DNA from: a virus
Lineage: Duplodnaviria > Caudoviricetes
Reading direction: 5' to 3' (one strand)
Length of the DNA stretch: 60,418 nt
IMG/VR virus record: IMGVR_UViG_3300025325_000023
Coordinates: 1 to 60,418 of that record
A model generated the notes under the pieces. The model made no database searches and was not told where the DNA came from. It saw nothing but the letters and a program-made list of their open reading frames with translations. A program made the position numbers and the translations under genes. Below, in pieces: positions 47,821 through 56,473 of this stretch (position 1 is its first letter; each line of letters opens with the position of its first letter).

Positions 47821-48312
47821 ATGGTATATCTCGATCTCACAGAATCTAGTCTAATTCCAGAAGGAAAATGTCATCTACTCGTTACAGACGTCGAAATCGG
47901 TGAGAATCATATTATCGTTAATCTCGACATCCTCGCTCACGAAAATGAGTTAGCTTGCGGCCGTCAAGTAAGAGACATGTTTAACCTAACAGGAAAATAC
48001 GCAATTCGTGGTCAGCACTTTGGCCTCGCGTGCGGAATTATCACAGAAGACGACGTGAAGGCGTCACAAGCAGCCGGCAAGGGCGGTATAGACATTGACT
48101 TCGAGAAAGCCAGGCTCTCTACATTTTTTGGAACTACCAAGTGGTCAAAAGACGGGAAATACTGTAATGTCGCATGGGATTACAAACACGTAGACAGTCC
48201 CGAGGCTAGGGACTATCCCAAGAATGAACTTTTCTTGAAGAAAGCGCCCAAGACGGGTAAAAAAACGAAGATCACGGCTAAGGAAACAGAGGAAGTTGGA
48301 GAGGTGTTTTAG
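47821..48312 (+). CDS. Putative ssDNA-binding protein (DUF669-like OB fold)
   Basis: IPEG..H..VTDVE, G.QV.D.F, acidic tail ending in F. Confidence 0.55.
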   Translation: MVYLDLTESSLIPEGKCHLLVTDVEIGENHIIVNLDILAHENELACGRQVRDMFNLTGKYAIRGQHFGLACGIITEDDVKASQAAGKGGIDIDFEKARLSTFFGTTKWSKDGKYCNVAWDYKHVDSPEARDYPKNELFLKKAPKTGKKTKITAKETEEVGEVF

Positions 48313-48330
48313 GTGTGGGGACCTAGGGTG

Positions 48331-48364
48331 AACCTAGTCGGCGCAGGCCGGCTAGGTTTTTTTA
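48331..48364 (+). terminator. Rho-independent terminator
   Basis: AACCTAGTCGGC-GCAG-GCCGGCTAGGTT followed by a T run. Confidence 0.8.
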
Positions 48365-48376
48365 CTGGAATGTAGT

Positions 48377-48865
48377 GTGGTACGGACATACAAGTCCCCG
48401 TTCGTCATTATAACAGACAATCGTGAGCGACAACCCTGGGACTTTAACATCACTATACAACGAGACAGCCACCCTATGTTGATTGAACAGGCGTGTGTTC
48501 GCCGTAAGCTTCCAACTGGGGACTACGCCATCGAGGGTTACGAGACCCAAATCGTAATCGAACGCAAAAGTCCTGGAGATTGTATACAGTCACTAACGCA
48601 ATCCAGAAAGCGGTTCGTGCGAGAATTCGAGCGCCTCCAGGAGTTTCCGTGGTCGGCAATTGTTGTCGAATGCGAGTGGTCCGAGTTGCTTAAAATTTGC
48701 AAGGAGAAAACATCGGTTCACCCAGCCAGTATAGACGGAACCATCATAGCCTTTATGCAACGCTATCCACGAACTCACTGGATATTCCGAACCAACCGAT
48801 ACGTGGCCATGAAGACAACTTGGAAAGCACTTTACCGCTTCTGGCAAGAACATAAGGTACCTTAA
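48377..48865 (+). CDS. ERCC4 (XPF/Mus81-like) nuclease, probable resolvase
   Basis: IITDNRE..P, LPTGDY, IERKS..D, RF.RE..RL. Confidence 0.88.
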   Translation: MVRTYKSPFVIITDNRERQPWDFNITIQRDSHPMLIEQACVRRKLPTGDYAIEGYETQIVIERKSPGDCIQSLTQSRKRFVREFERLQEFPWSAIVVECEWSELLKICKEKTSVHPASIDGTIIAFMQRYPRTHWIFRTNRYVAMKTTWKALYRFWQEHKVP

Positions 48866-49024
48866 TGATTGACAAACATGAAAAACCGACGCTCACAAAT
48901 GACGAGCTAGTAAAGAAAATGCGCTAAGCAAACAAAAAGCTTAAATTCGCCCCCATGAGTCCTGAGGTACGGGAAATCGCCGATCAATTGTACAAACAAT
49001 ACAAAGACCAAGTAGGAGAATACA

Positions 49025-49645
49025 ATGAGAGCTAAACTTCTAAAAGATGTACAACGGGACGGCATACGTCGCACACGGAAATTGTACCTATTGGACACAC
49101 CCTATGAGTACAGGGACACCAGTGACCCACTGAGCCCCAAATACGCCGAGACCTACTACTTATTGGCTTCGGCATCTATTAAAGGCACTGAAGCGGAAGT
49201 TACCCTCTTGCCCGCCGACGAGCGCGGAACGCCACTAAGCACCACACCACTTTCGGGAAGCCTAAAGGGAACCTACGAACACGTCGAAGCTGTACGGAAA
49301 CTAGGATATGACGTCGTCCCGAATACCATCTTATTCCCAGTAGAAGGTGGGGCCACACCTCTTACTCTCGTACCACCGGATTTCACCGCCTGTGTGCCTT
49401 ATGGGGATAATTACACCTTAATACAATTCAAAGATGTATTCAACAATCGATACACCATACCAGGCGTAGCCCATCGGGATGGATACGTGACCATTTTTTC
49501 CAGAGAATATCGCAACACTGGAAGCCTATCAATCTCTTGGAAAGGACAAATGCCCGACTCTATCGTTCAACCTACGATACCACCAAAACAATTACCTATC
49601 CAAGTTCCACAAACCCCGCCGGAGATCACCTGCAATGACCCATGA
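49025..49645 (+). CDS. Hypothetical protein
   Basis: AGGAG RBS; long ORF. Confidence 0.65.
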   Translation: MRAKLLKDVQRDGIRRTRKLYLLDTPYEYRDTSDPLSPKYAETYYLLASASIKGTEAEVTLLPADERGTPLSTTPLSGSLKGTYEHVEAVRKLGYDVVPNTILFPVEGGATPLTLVPPDFTACVPYGDNYTLIQFKDVFNNRYTIPGVAHRDGYVTIFSREYRNTGSLSISWKGQMPDSIVQPTIPPKQLPIQVPQTPPEITCNDP

Positions 49646-49814
49646 AAACTGCCTTGGATTTTGCCCCCGGTGCGGCCGGGACTACATAAAAGACTTCTAC
49701 GCACCACAAGTCTGCCCACGATGTACAAAAGATATCTGGCAAGAAAGGAAAGACGATGACTCAAGAAATCGACAACTTACTAAAACTGAAGACACGACTA
49801 TCGGGAGACCTTGA
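49635..49814 (+). CDS. Small Zn-ribbon protein
   Basis: CPRC...CPRC; GGAG upstream. Confidence 0.45.
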   Translation: MTHENCLGFCPRCGRDYIKDFYAPQVCPRCTKDIWQERKDDDSRNRQLTKTEDTTIGRP

Positions 49815-50343
49815 ATTTCTGAGGGACATCAAACGCGAGTTACAAAAAAAGTTTCTTGCATCTTTAGCCATTTATATTGACCAACAAAAGACAAACTCCT
49901 CAACCTTAATACCATCGACAACGGTATTAGATACCCTGGACAATCTAAAAACCCACCTGACAATAGAAGAAGTGGCTGTAAAACTCCATCAAAGCCTAGA
50001 GCGCACACTGCAAGACCAACAATACGCAAGAATTGACGCAATAGAATTCTGGAATAACTGCCATGGGCCTGAGCAACAACTACCACCGCCAGAGACTTAC
50101 ACAGTCGACCTTTCCGCAGACGGATGTAAATGGGTGATCTCCAGACAGGGGGAAGTGATAGAAACGCCCAACACACTCTTCGGTATTGAAAAACACCAAA
50201 AACTCAGAGCAAAACTTTTGGCTGACCAACCTGAATATGTTGACTGGGCCGAAACGTGCAAAAAAATTTTGGACCCTCATGCCACGCAAAGGTCTATTAC
50301 AACCTATATACAACGTATGTTTAGGTGGAACTCGAATGACTGA
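49756..50343 (+). CDS. Hypothetical protein
   Basis: Long + ORF. Confidence 0.6.
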   Translation: MTQEIDNLLKLKTRLSGDLEFLRDIKRELQKKFLASLAIYIDQQKTNSSTLIPSTTVLDTLDNLKTHLTIEEVAVKLHQSLERTLQDQQYARIDAIEFWNNCHGPEQQLPPPETYTVDLSADGCKWVISRQGEVIETPNTLFGIEKHQKLRAKLLADQPEYVDWAETCKKILDPHATQRSITTYIQRMFRWNSND

Positions 50344-50602
50344 CACCACGATAGACCCCGTCTACACTGTAGAACTAGCATTTGATAGACAGAGCTGGTT
50401 GATCTACACGGATGGCACTTTAGTAGACCGAGCCATTACCATTTTGGGTTGCAACCACGACGACGACCTGGAGTTCGCAAAAGTTGAAACAGAGGCTGAT
50501 TACGAAACCTTGGTCGCCATCGCGGAGGCGCGTCAACGACGGTACAACGGATTTACCGCCAGACTACTGCGAACCATCCTCCGACGCTGGGGAGTCATCT
50601 AG
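50336..50602 (+). CDS. Hypothetical protein resembling the C-terminal half of the preceding ORF
   Basis: YTVEL..D...W.I...G vs YTVDL..D...W.I...G; both end in R..R.W. Confidence 0.55.
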   Translation: MTDTTIDPVYTVELAFDRQSWLIYTDGTLVDRAITILGCNHDDDLEFAKVETEADYETLVAIAEARQRRYNGFTARLLRTILRRWGVI

Positions 50603-50830
50603 CTCTATATGGTAGATTCAGATGGCAACGACATCGTAGGATAGTTGTAGTTAATGAAGATCAACAATTCGCTTGTGTCCTATGCCCACACTGTAATCTT
50701 ATGTGTGGTGTAAGCGTGGCCGTCCACAGTCCGTACTGGCCCCTAATGTGTCCGAGTTGCTCCCGATGCACCCAAAAAGCACTCCACGAACTGGCATGTC
50801 GCCTGATAGAAGAACAACGAGATAAGTAGT

Positions 50831-51133
50831 GTGTATGGACACTTCCACTCCCCGGACGCCCAACAACTTTATTGGAAATGCCAATTCTGTTCAATAACCA
50901 GCTCCACCTTAATGACAGTGCCGATGCTCAGTTTTTACCCCGTATGCGCTCCATGTCTGCAAAGCAAATGGCCACGACTAATTCCTGAAGTGTGGAAAGA
51001 CTACTCCCAATGCGAGGAGCAAAACCAGGATCTACTAAATAGACAACTAGACATACTGCAACTGGAAAGGGAACGGAAAGAGTTCTGGACTCTCGCGGGC
51101 ATATGGAACTATGTACGAGGCAACCCGGGATGA
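50831..51133 (+). CDS. Zn-finger-like hypothetical protein
   Basis: CQFC...CAPC; ATGA coupling to the primase. Confidence 0.5.
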   Translation: MYGHFHSPDAQQLYWKCQFCSITSSTLMTVPMLSFYPVCAPCLQSKWPRLIPEVWKDYSQCEEQNQDLLNRQLDILQLERERKEFWTLAGIWNYVRGNPG

Positions 51134-53865
51134 GCTTAAAAGAGACCCGCGCCACCCTGTTAAAGACTATAAACTTATTTGAATTCTACGACAGCGTAGG
51201 TTGCACAAGTGATAATTCGGCCACCGGAGAATGGGTGCCATGTCTCTCCCACAAAATCTTTGGTGGAGAAGACACTCACCCCTCAGCGTCATTCAACCGC
51301 CTAACGGGTCATTATAAGGACCACCGTACTGGGTTCACCGGCACCCTATTTGACTTCTGCGCCAAAGTAGGGTTATACAAAGACTGGAAAGAGGCGGTAA
51401 AAGGATTAGCGAAAAAATATGCCCTCCCCCCACCCACCGATGACGACCTCAAGCCGAAGCTCATAGAGTGGAATGACTGCCTGGCCGACGATTTCTTGAA
51501 GGCCAAAACCCCATGTACGTTAGAGGGCCTTAAACTCTCCGGGGCCGCCATCTACTCTTTTCGTAACTCGACCTGCCTAGGCTGGAGTGTCTACGGCAAC
51601 ATAGACAACGTAATAGGAATACACCTAATGCCACGGAATGGACGCCCATTCCCGAAAAACCAAAAAACACACACGGTGAAAAAAAAGAGGCAGGAAAATG
51701 GCTTAATAGGATATCGTGGCATGGCCTTACTATTCCACGAGAACATCGCGCCCAGGAACATATTCTGGACAGAAGGAGTGTCCGATCTTGTAGCCCTTCA
51801 AAGCTATTTTGGCCCCGGTAGCGTTTGTCTTACCAACCCAAATGGTTGTAGCGAAGCCGTCACCCAAACGCAAATCTCTTGCTTGCCCCCAGAACGTATT
51901 AAAATCGTATATGTCATTGCCGATGCCGATCTCCCAGGCCTCAAGGGGGCGGTCGCCAAGGCCTCCGTATTAAACCTCCACGGAATCCTCGCCCTCCCCG
52001 TAGTAGTCCCCTTCCCCATAACCCCTAATCACGGCAATGACCTTAGAGACCTCTTGGCCGCCGGTATGCCCTATAAAGGGTACGAAACGTATGAGGAGCT
52101 ACTGCTAAAACACCTAAAACCAATAACACCGGATATGTATGAAGAAGCAGAGAAAGAGGAAAAGAAAGAAGAGAAGAAAGAAGCGTTACAGTTAATGCAA
52201 CGGTTAGGACTTAGTATTGTTGAAACTAATCTGGCCGGAACAGCCGTCCGCCTATACTGTTCACACACAAGCCGTCAACTAGACTTCTCAATGCGCGTCG
52301 GCTGTTATGATGAACTAGCAATGCTCATCGGAGAACCCTTCACTCAGTCCGTCACCAAGGATCGCCAACCCCCAGCCGGGGTGTACTCCATGGAATTGTT
52401 CAAAACCGCCTTGGCGTTATTCGTATCCTGCGAAAACCTAAAACGTAACCGAGTCGTTGGTGCCGGGGTGTGGAATGCGGGAAGCGGCGACCTCTTGTTG
52501 GTATCCAACCAACAATGCTTTACTGTTACCAAAGGGGTCCTTCATAGCTCGCCCCCAGTACAACACAACCTCTTGGCTAACCTGAACTGTGATGCTGACT
52601 GGCTCCTTCCAGAACGACTGACGACGGAACTGGCCCTGGCCCAGGACCCTGTTTACCGAATCAAGCAGTTTCACGACGTAGTGAACATCGTCCACACTTG
52701 GCCATGGGCCGAACCACATATGGGAGAAATGGCCGTCGGCCTACTCTGTGCTACCCTAATTCAAGACCTTTGGGCTTGGCGACCTACCGTTATAGTAACA
52801 GGAGAGAGTGCAACCGGTAAAACCTCTCTCTTTAGACTATTCCGCAAACTCTGCTTAGGGCTCGCCATCGAAACAGCCAACACTACCGTGGCAGGCATCA
52901 TACAATCAACCCAAGGAAGCTCAAGTCCACTATTCATCGACGAAATTGACCAGAGAAGGACCAAAGAACAGCAAGAGCTACTCCAAATGTTACGATTGTC
53001 ATCACAAGGACAACCGATAAGAAGAGGAACGGGAGGACAAATAGCTAAAGTCTATCATGTCAAACACTTAGCATGGCTGGCAGGCATTTCCTCCGCCTCA
53101 CTAGCGCAGGCAGACCTAAACCGACAAATCGACTTGTCCTTAGTACGCCGAGACAAGGGCCGATTCGCCACCCCCACGAACCGAGAGATTGAGAGTTTGG
53201 GTTGGGCCTTGATGGGCTCCGTGTTGGTTGTGGCCAAGGAGGCTATAGCCCTCGCTAGGGCTCTCCAGATGCCCCCAGATGGCGTCGGAGGAGAACTGGC
53301 CCGTCTATGGGAGTCCCGCGTCGTCCCGTGCGCCATGAGGGCCGCCCTGCACGATATGGACATAGATGAAGCTCGCGAGTACACAGAATCGGTAGTAATA
53401 CCGATGATAACCCCCGAAGCCAAAAATGAGATAGCTGGGTCTTCGGACCATAACCTCTTATTCGACCATTTAATGCACACACCCCACAAATACCGCATAG
53501 CCGGACAGGAGTACACGGACACCCTCTACTCTCTAATTGCTACAGACCAACCCATCCCTCCAGATGTACAAACTGTCTTTGGCTACGCCGGTGTGGCTTT
53601 TTTGAAATCTCACCGTGACGGTCCATGTGTTGCTTTTAATTGTACTAAACTTGTCGGCCCTGACGGCCTACTTGCCAAACACACTGAATGGCACGGACAT
53701 GGTGGGATTAAAACGATTTTGAGGAGAATGATTGATCTCGCCCCCGTGGAGAGATACTGCATTATCGGGGGCAAAGGGGCCCGTGCTATGGTATTCCCAA
53801 TCGCTAACATACGGCAACGTTACGAGTTAGAGAAAAATTTGGCGGAAAGGGAAATTATACATTAG
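51130..53865 (+). CDS. DNA primase-helicase (Zn-binding-like N-terminus, TOPRIM, P-loop ATPase)
   Basis: EDTHPSASFN; TEGVSD, DAD.PG, DLRD (TOPRIM); GESATGKT and LFIDE (Walker A/B). Confidence 0.85.
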   Translation: MSLKETRATLLKTINLFEFYDSVGCTSDNSATGEWVPCLSHKIFGGEDTHPSASFNRLTGHYKDHRTGFTGTLFDFCAKVGLYKDWKEAVKGLAKKYALPPPTDDDLKPKLIEWNDCLADDFLKAKTPCTLEGLKLSGAAIYSFRNSTCLGWSVYGNIDNVIGIHLMPRNGRPFPKNQKTHTVKKKRQENGLIGYRGMALLFHENIAPRNIFWTEGVSDLVALQSYFGPGSVCLTNPNGCSEAVTQTQISCLPPERIKIVYVIADADLPGLKGAVAKASVLNLHGILALPVVVPFPITPNHGNDLRDLLAAGMPYKGYETYEELLLKHLKPITPDMYEEAEKEEKKEEKKEALQLMQRLGLSIVETNLAGTAVRLYCSHTSRQLDFSMRVGCYDELAMLIGEPFTQSVTKDRQPPAGVYSMELFKTALALFVSCENLKRNRVVGAGVWNAGSGDLLLVSNQQCFTVTKGVLHSSPPVQHNLLANLNCDADWLLPERLTTELALAQDPVYRIKQFHDVVNIVHTWPWAEPHMGEMAVGLLCATLIQDLWAWRPTVIVTGESATGKTSLFRLFRKLCLGLAIETANTTVAGIIQSTQGSSSPLFIDEIDQRRTKEQQELLQMLRLSSQGQPIRRGTGGQIAKVYHVKHLAWLAGISSASLAQADLNRQIDLSLVRRDKGRFATPTNREIESLGWALMGSVLVVAKEAIALARALQMPPDGVGGELARLWESRVVPCAMRAALHDMDIDEAREYTESVVIPMITPEAKNEIAGSSDHNLLFDHLMHTPHKYRIAGQEYTDTLYSLIATDQPIPPDVQTVFGYAGVAFLKSHRDGPCVAFNCTKLVGPDGLLAKHTEWHGHGGIKTILRRMIDLAPVERYCIIGGKGARAMVFPIANIRQRYELEKNLAEREIIH

Positions 53866-53990
53866 ACATTATACAGGGTCGATTTACATACATACCCCCT
53901 TAAGAACACACACTCTATAATAATAAAATAAATTCTCTAAGATAGATAGGTATATATGTACCACACCCCTGTATAATGTATAATTGTATA
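53856..53990. other. Putative replication origin: inverted repeats flanking an AT-rich core
   Basis: TATACATTAGACATTATACAGGG (53856-53878) vs CCCTGTATAATGTATAATTGTATA (53967-53990); strand composition flips from A/C-rich to G/T-rich here. Confidence 0.6.
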
Positions 53991-54011
53991 AAAAGAAAAG
54001 GGAAGAAGTAC

Positions 54012-54077
54012 ATGAAACGTCGTAGATTTCTTACATCATGTTTCCTAAGTACAACATTGGGGGGGGGTGGCCCGTAA
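54012..54077 (+). CDS. 21-aa twin-arginine-signal-like peptide
   Basis: MKRRRFLTSCFLSTTLGGGGP; contains a G9 run. Confidence 0.35.
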   Translation: MKRRRFLTSCFLSTTLGGGGP

Positions 54078-54087
54078 AATGGCCTGA

Positions 54088-54115
54088 TTGACAAATAGGG
54101 GTTTTGTAGTATAGT
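54088..54115 (+). promoter_or_regulatory. Sigma70 promoter for the membrane/Tat operon
   Basis: TTGACA-N16-TATAGT followed by GGAGG. Confidence 0.7.
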
Positions 54116-54133
54116 TACTTGGAGGATTTTCTC

Positions 54134-54310
54134 ATGTTTTATTTCTTCTCTGTCTTTTTTTCTCTATTTTTGGTCATGGGGTTCACCTACGTGTTGTCGT
54201 ATTTTGTGACTTATTCGGCGACTTTGCGGGCGATTAAGGCTGATAGGGCGGAGCAAGAGCGCTTGAATGGCGGGGCTCGGATTTTTACCAGAAGGGCAAA
54301 GGGTGATTAG
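54134..54310 (+). CDS. Small single-TM protein, paralog 1
   Basis: Phe-rich TM, then YF.T..A.L..I..DR..Q.R. Confidence 0.7.
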   Translation: MFYFFSVFFSLFLVMGFTYVLSYFVTYSATLRAIKADRAEQERLNGGARIFTRRAKGD

Positions 54311-54312
54311 TT

Positions 54313-54543
54313 ATGGAGTTTTCCATTTTTAATTTCTTTGTTATATTCGTACTTATCTCATTTATCCTTGTTTGTTTCTCCGTTTCTATGTACTTTATCA
54401 CACGTGTAGCTGTGTTAAAGTCTATTGAGGAGGATAGGGAGGGGCAAAAGAGGGAGGAAGCGGCTAAATCAAGGGAGCTATGGGCTTACGATAAACAGAT
54501 GAGGGCCCAAAAGAAGGCCGGGCTTCTGGTTAAACTAGACTAA
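54313..54543 (+). CDS. Small single-TM protein, paralog 2
   Basis: Same pattern as 54134-54310. Confidence 0.7.
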   Translation: MEFSIFNFFVIFVLISFILVCFSVSMYFITRVAVLKSIEEDREGQKREEAAKSRELWAYDKQMRAQKKAGLLVKLD

Positions 54544-54608
54544 TGTGTACTGATTATGAGTATTTTAGTACACAATTAGTATGACCTGTACTTGCGTCCT
54601 GGTGTAAT

Positions 54609-54845
54609 ATGGTAACATGTCAGCGCCCTTTGCTGAAGATCTCGGACCCAACCCGGGGGACGCTCCTTGATGATAAGTATATAGGGTGGGGGCAATCCGG
54701 TGGCGTTGACATTGTAGAGCTAGGGCCCGGCGACCCGGTTCCGGCGTTCCTTTTTGAACCACAGGGGGTGCTGTACCCGGCTGTTCTTATCCCCCATGAA
54801 GATGGGTTTCCCATACCTGAGGTTTACAATACTCACGTGTTTTGA
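54609..54845 (+). CDS. Hypothetical protein
   Basis: Fits the operon. Confidence 0.5.
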   Translation: MVTCQRPLLKISDPTRGTLLDDKYIGWGQSGGVDIVELGPGDPVPAFLFEPQGVLYPAVLIPHEDGFPIPEVYNTHVF

Positions 54846-54858
54846 AAGGCAGGTTCCC

Positions 54859-55098
54859 ATGGTTTTAATTCCTGATTTTGTGTTGGCCTCAATGATTCTA
54901 GTTGGATTTTGCATAGGGATAGGGTCGGGTTTAACTTGGCTTGAGAAGAAGTTTCCCCCATTTCCGTTGCACAGTCCCTTTTGGTTGAACAAAATCCATG
55001 ATGTTTGTTGGTTCCTGTTCTCTAGGTTCGTATTCGGGCTCGGGCTAGTATCTCTAGTTAGTGTGGTCATCCTTACTCTTTATGGTCAAGGAATCTAG
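54859..55098 (+). CDS. Two-TM membrane protein
   Basis: Two hydrophobic helices. Confidence 0.6.
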   Translation: MVLIPDFVLASMILVGFCIGIGSGLTWLEKKFPPFPLHSPFWLNKIHDVCWFLFSRFVFGLGLVSLVSVVILTLYGQGI

Positions 55099-55107
55099 GG
55101 GTGTATT

Positions 55108-55293
55108 ATGTTCGGCATAGGTCCTATGGAGATTTGTATTGTTGGAGTTGTGGCCGTGCTCCTGTTTGGGAGCAAGTTGCCCGGCCTGGCTCGGTCCCTT
55201 GGGGCGGCTATACCAGCATTCAAGGCTGGTTTGAGCGAGCTTGATAGGGAAACCAAAGAAGTAGAACGTGAAATACGAAAGGTGGTGCAGTGA
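55108..55293 (+). CDS. tatA: Twin-arginine translocase subunit TatA/E
   Basis: MFGIGPMEI.IV.VVAVLLFG.KLP.LARSLG.AI..FK.G: TM helix, FG hinge, amphipathic helix. Confidence 0.92.
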   Translation: MFGIGPMEICIVGVVAVLLFGSKLPGLARSLGAAIPAFKAGLSELDRETKEVEREIRKVVQ

Positions 55294-55724
55294 TGCCTGA
55301 TCGCAGAGGGTTTATAGGAGCCTGTTTCGCAGGTCTTGCTGGGGTATCCGTTGCTGCTACGGTGGGGCCAGTGTTGGAGGTAACCAGGAAATTGGTTTTT
55401 CCAAAGAGTCTTGAGGAGCTAGACAGGGATGGGCCGATTTGTGTGACCTCCATGGCGGGCGCACAACGGTTCCCCGAGTTTATAAGTATTTTGGACTCGT
55501 CATCCCGCCCGGATGTGTGGTTTGGGGTAACCCATAGGCAGATTACTGCGATGGGAAAAGAGAAGTACGCGGCCTTTGTTAAGGCGCATTTGCAGATAAA
55601 TCACGATTTTGGGTATAAACGGATGCATGGCGTAGCAAATACTTTTGACTTGTCCCATGGTGGTCCGTTTGGGGTTCGTCACGTTGATGGCTTTAGTGAT
55701 TTACAGGAGGGTGGGTATGTCTAG
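55293..55724 (+). CDS. Twin-arginine signal protein; mature part weakly resembles the MCP C-terminus
   Basis: MPDRRGFIGACFAGLAGVSVAA; TGATG overlap with the tatA stop. Confidence 0.75.
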   Translation: MPDRRGFIGACFAGLAGVSVAATVGPVLEVTRKLVFPKSLEELDRDGPICVTSMAGAQRFPEFISILDSSSRPDVWFGVTHRQITAMGKEKYAAFVKAHLQINHDFGYKRMHGVANTFDLSHGGPFGVRHVDGFSDLQEGGYV

Positions 55725-56094
55725 TCGTCGTGGTTTTATCGGTCGGTGCCTAGCCGGCCTGGTTGGTGTTGGTGCGTTGACTACCGGGGCCGTTGTCAAG
55801 GCGGTATCGCCAGAAGAGATGGATTCTACCAATGTTGCGAAGGATTACGACCTAGACGAAGTGATAGCGTGGGTGAGACGTGCGCAGCAGCATATAAAAT
55901 TTATTCCTCCAATCGCTCCTCCTCCTCCACCTCCGTCGTCACCGACGACTATCTGGCCTGGGGACGAGCAGCCTGGTTGTTTTTTAGTTTACGATGCAGA
56001 TAATAGGTATGAGTACACGTTTGCACCACAGATGGAGCTTGGTACTAAGAAAGATGGGCGCATTGTGTTTAATGCTGGGGGGTGGGTAGCATGA
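55717..56094 (+). CDS. Twin-arginine signal peptide fused to a major-capsid-like fragment
   Basis: AGGAGG RBS; MSSRRGFIGRCLAGLVGVGA; EVIAWVRRAQQHIKFIPPI vs MCP DLVSKLRTAHRSCRFKSPV; DGRIVF vs DGMVMF. Confidence 0.75.
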   Translation: MSSRRGFIGRCLAGLVGVGALTTGAVVKAVSPEEMDSTNVAKDYDLDEVIAWVRRAQQHIKFIPPIAPPPPPPSSPTTIWPGDEQPGCFLVYDADNRYEYTFAPQMELGTKKDGRIVFNAGGWVA

Positions 56095-56462
56095 AGATGC
56101 GGTCGTTTCTACGACGGTTAGATGCCTTGCGAATGCCGGTGGAGTGTTTAGCTGTGCGATGTAAGTTGGATGTGAAGAGGGTGGAGGAGTTGCTGGCTGG
56201 CAAGAGTGAGGATAAGGACGAGTGGTTTTCTATGTGTGATGCTATTGGGGTGGGCCCTTTGCGGCCTCCAACGACCCCGGCTGAGTATCGTAGGCTACAA
56301 GCTACCGCCAAGGCTTTGAAGATATGCAGTCTAACCCAAGTGAGTTCGGCCTTGGAGGGTCAGGCGTTAATTCAGACTCAATTTGATAAGATGGTTGCTA
56401 ATACAGCAGCTACGTTGTTGGTAGATGAGGATCAGGCGAAATTGTGGTGGCCTTTTGAATAG
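56091..56462 (+). CDS. XRE-like HTH protein with conserved C-terminal domain
   Basis: LRM..E.LA.RC.L....V..LL.G; C-terminal TQ.SSALEGQA...KLW. Confidence 0.55.
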   Translation: MKMRSFLRRLDALRMPVECLAVRCKLDVKRVEELLAGKSEDKDEWFSMCDAIGVGPLRPPTTPAEYRRLQATAKALKICSLTQVSSALEGQALIQTQFDKMVANTAATLLVDEDQAKLWWPFE

Positions 56463-56473
56463 GGGAAGATAAT

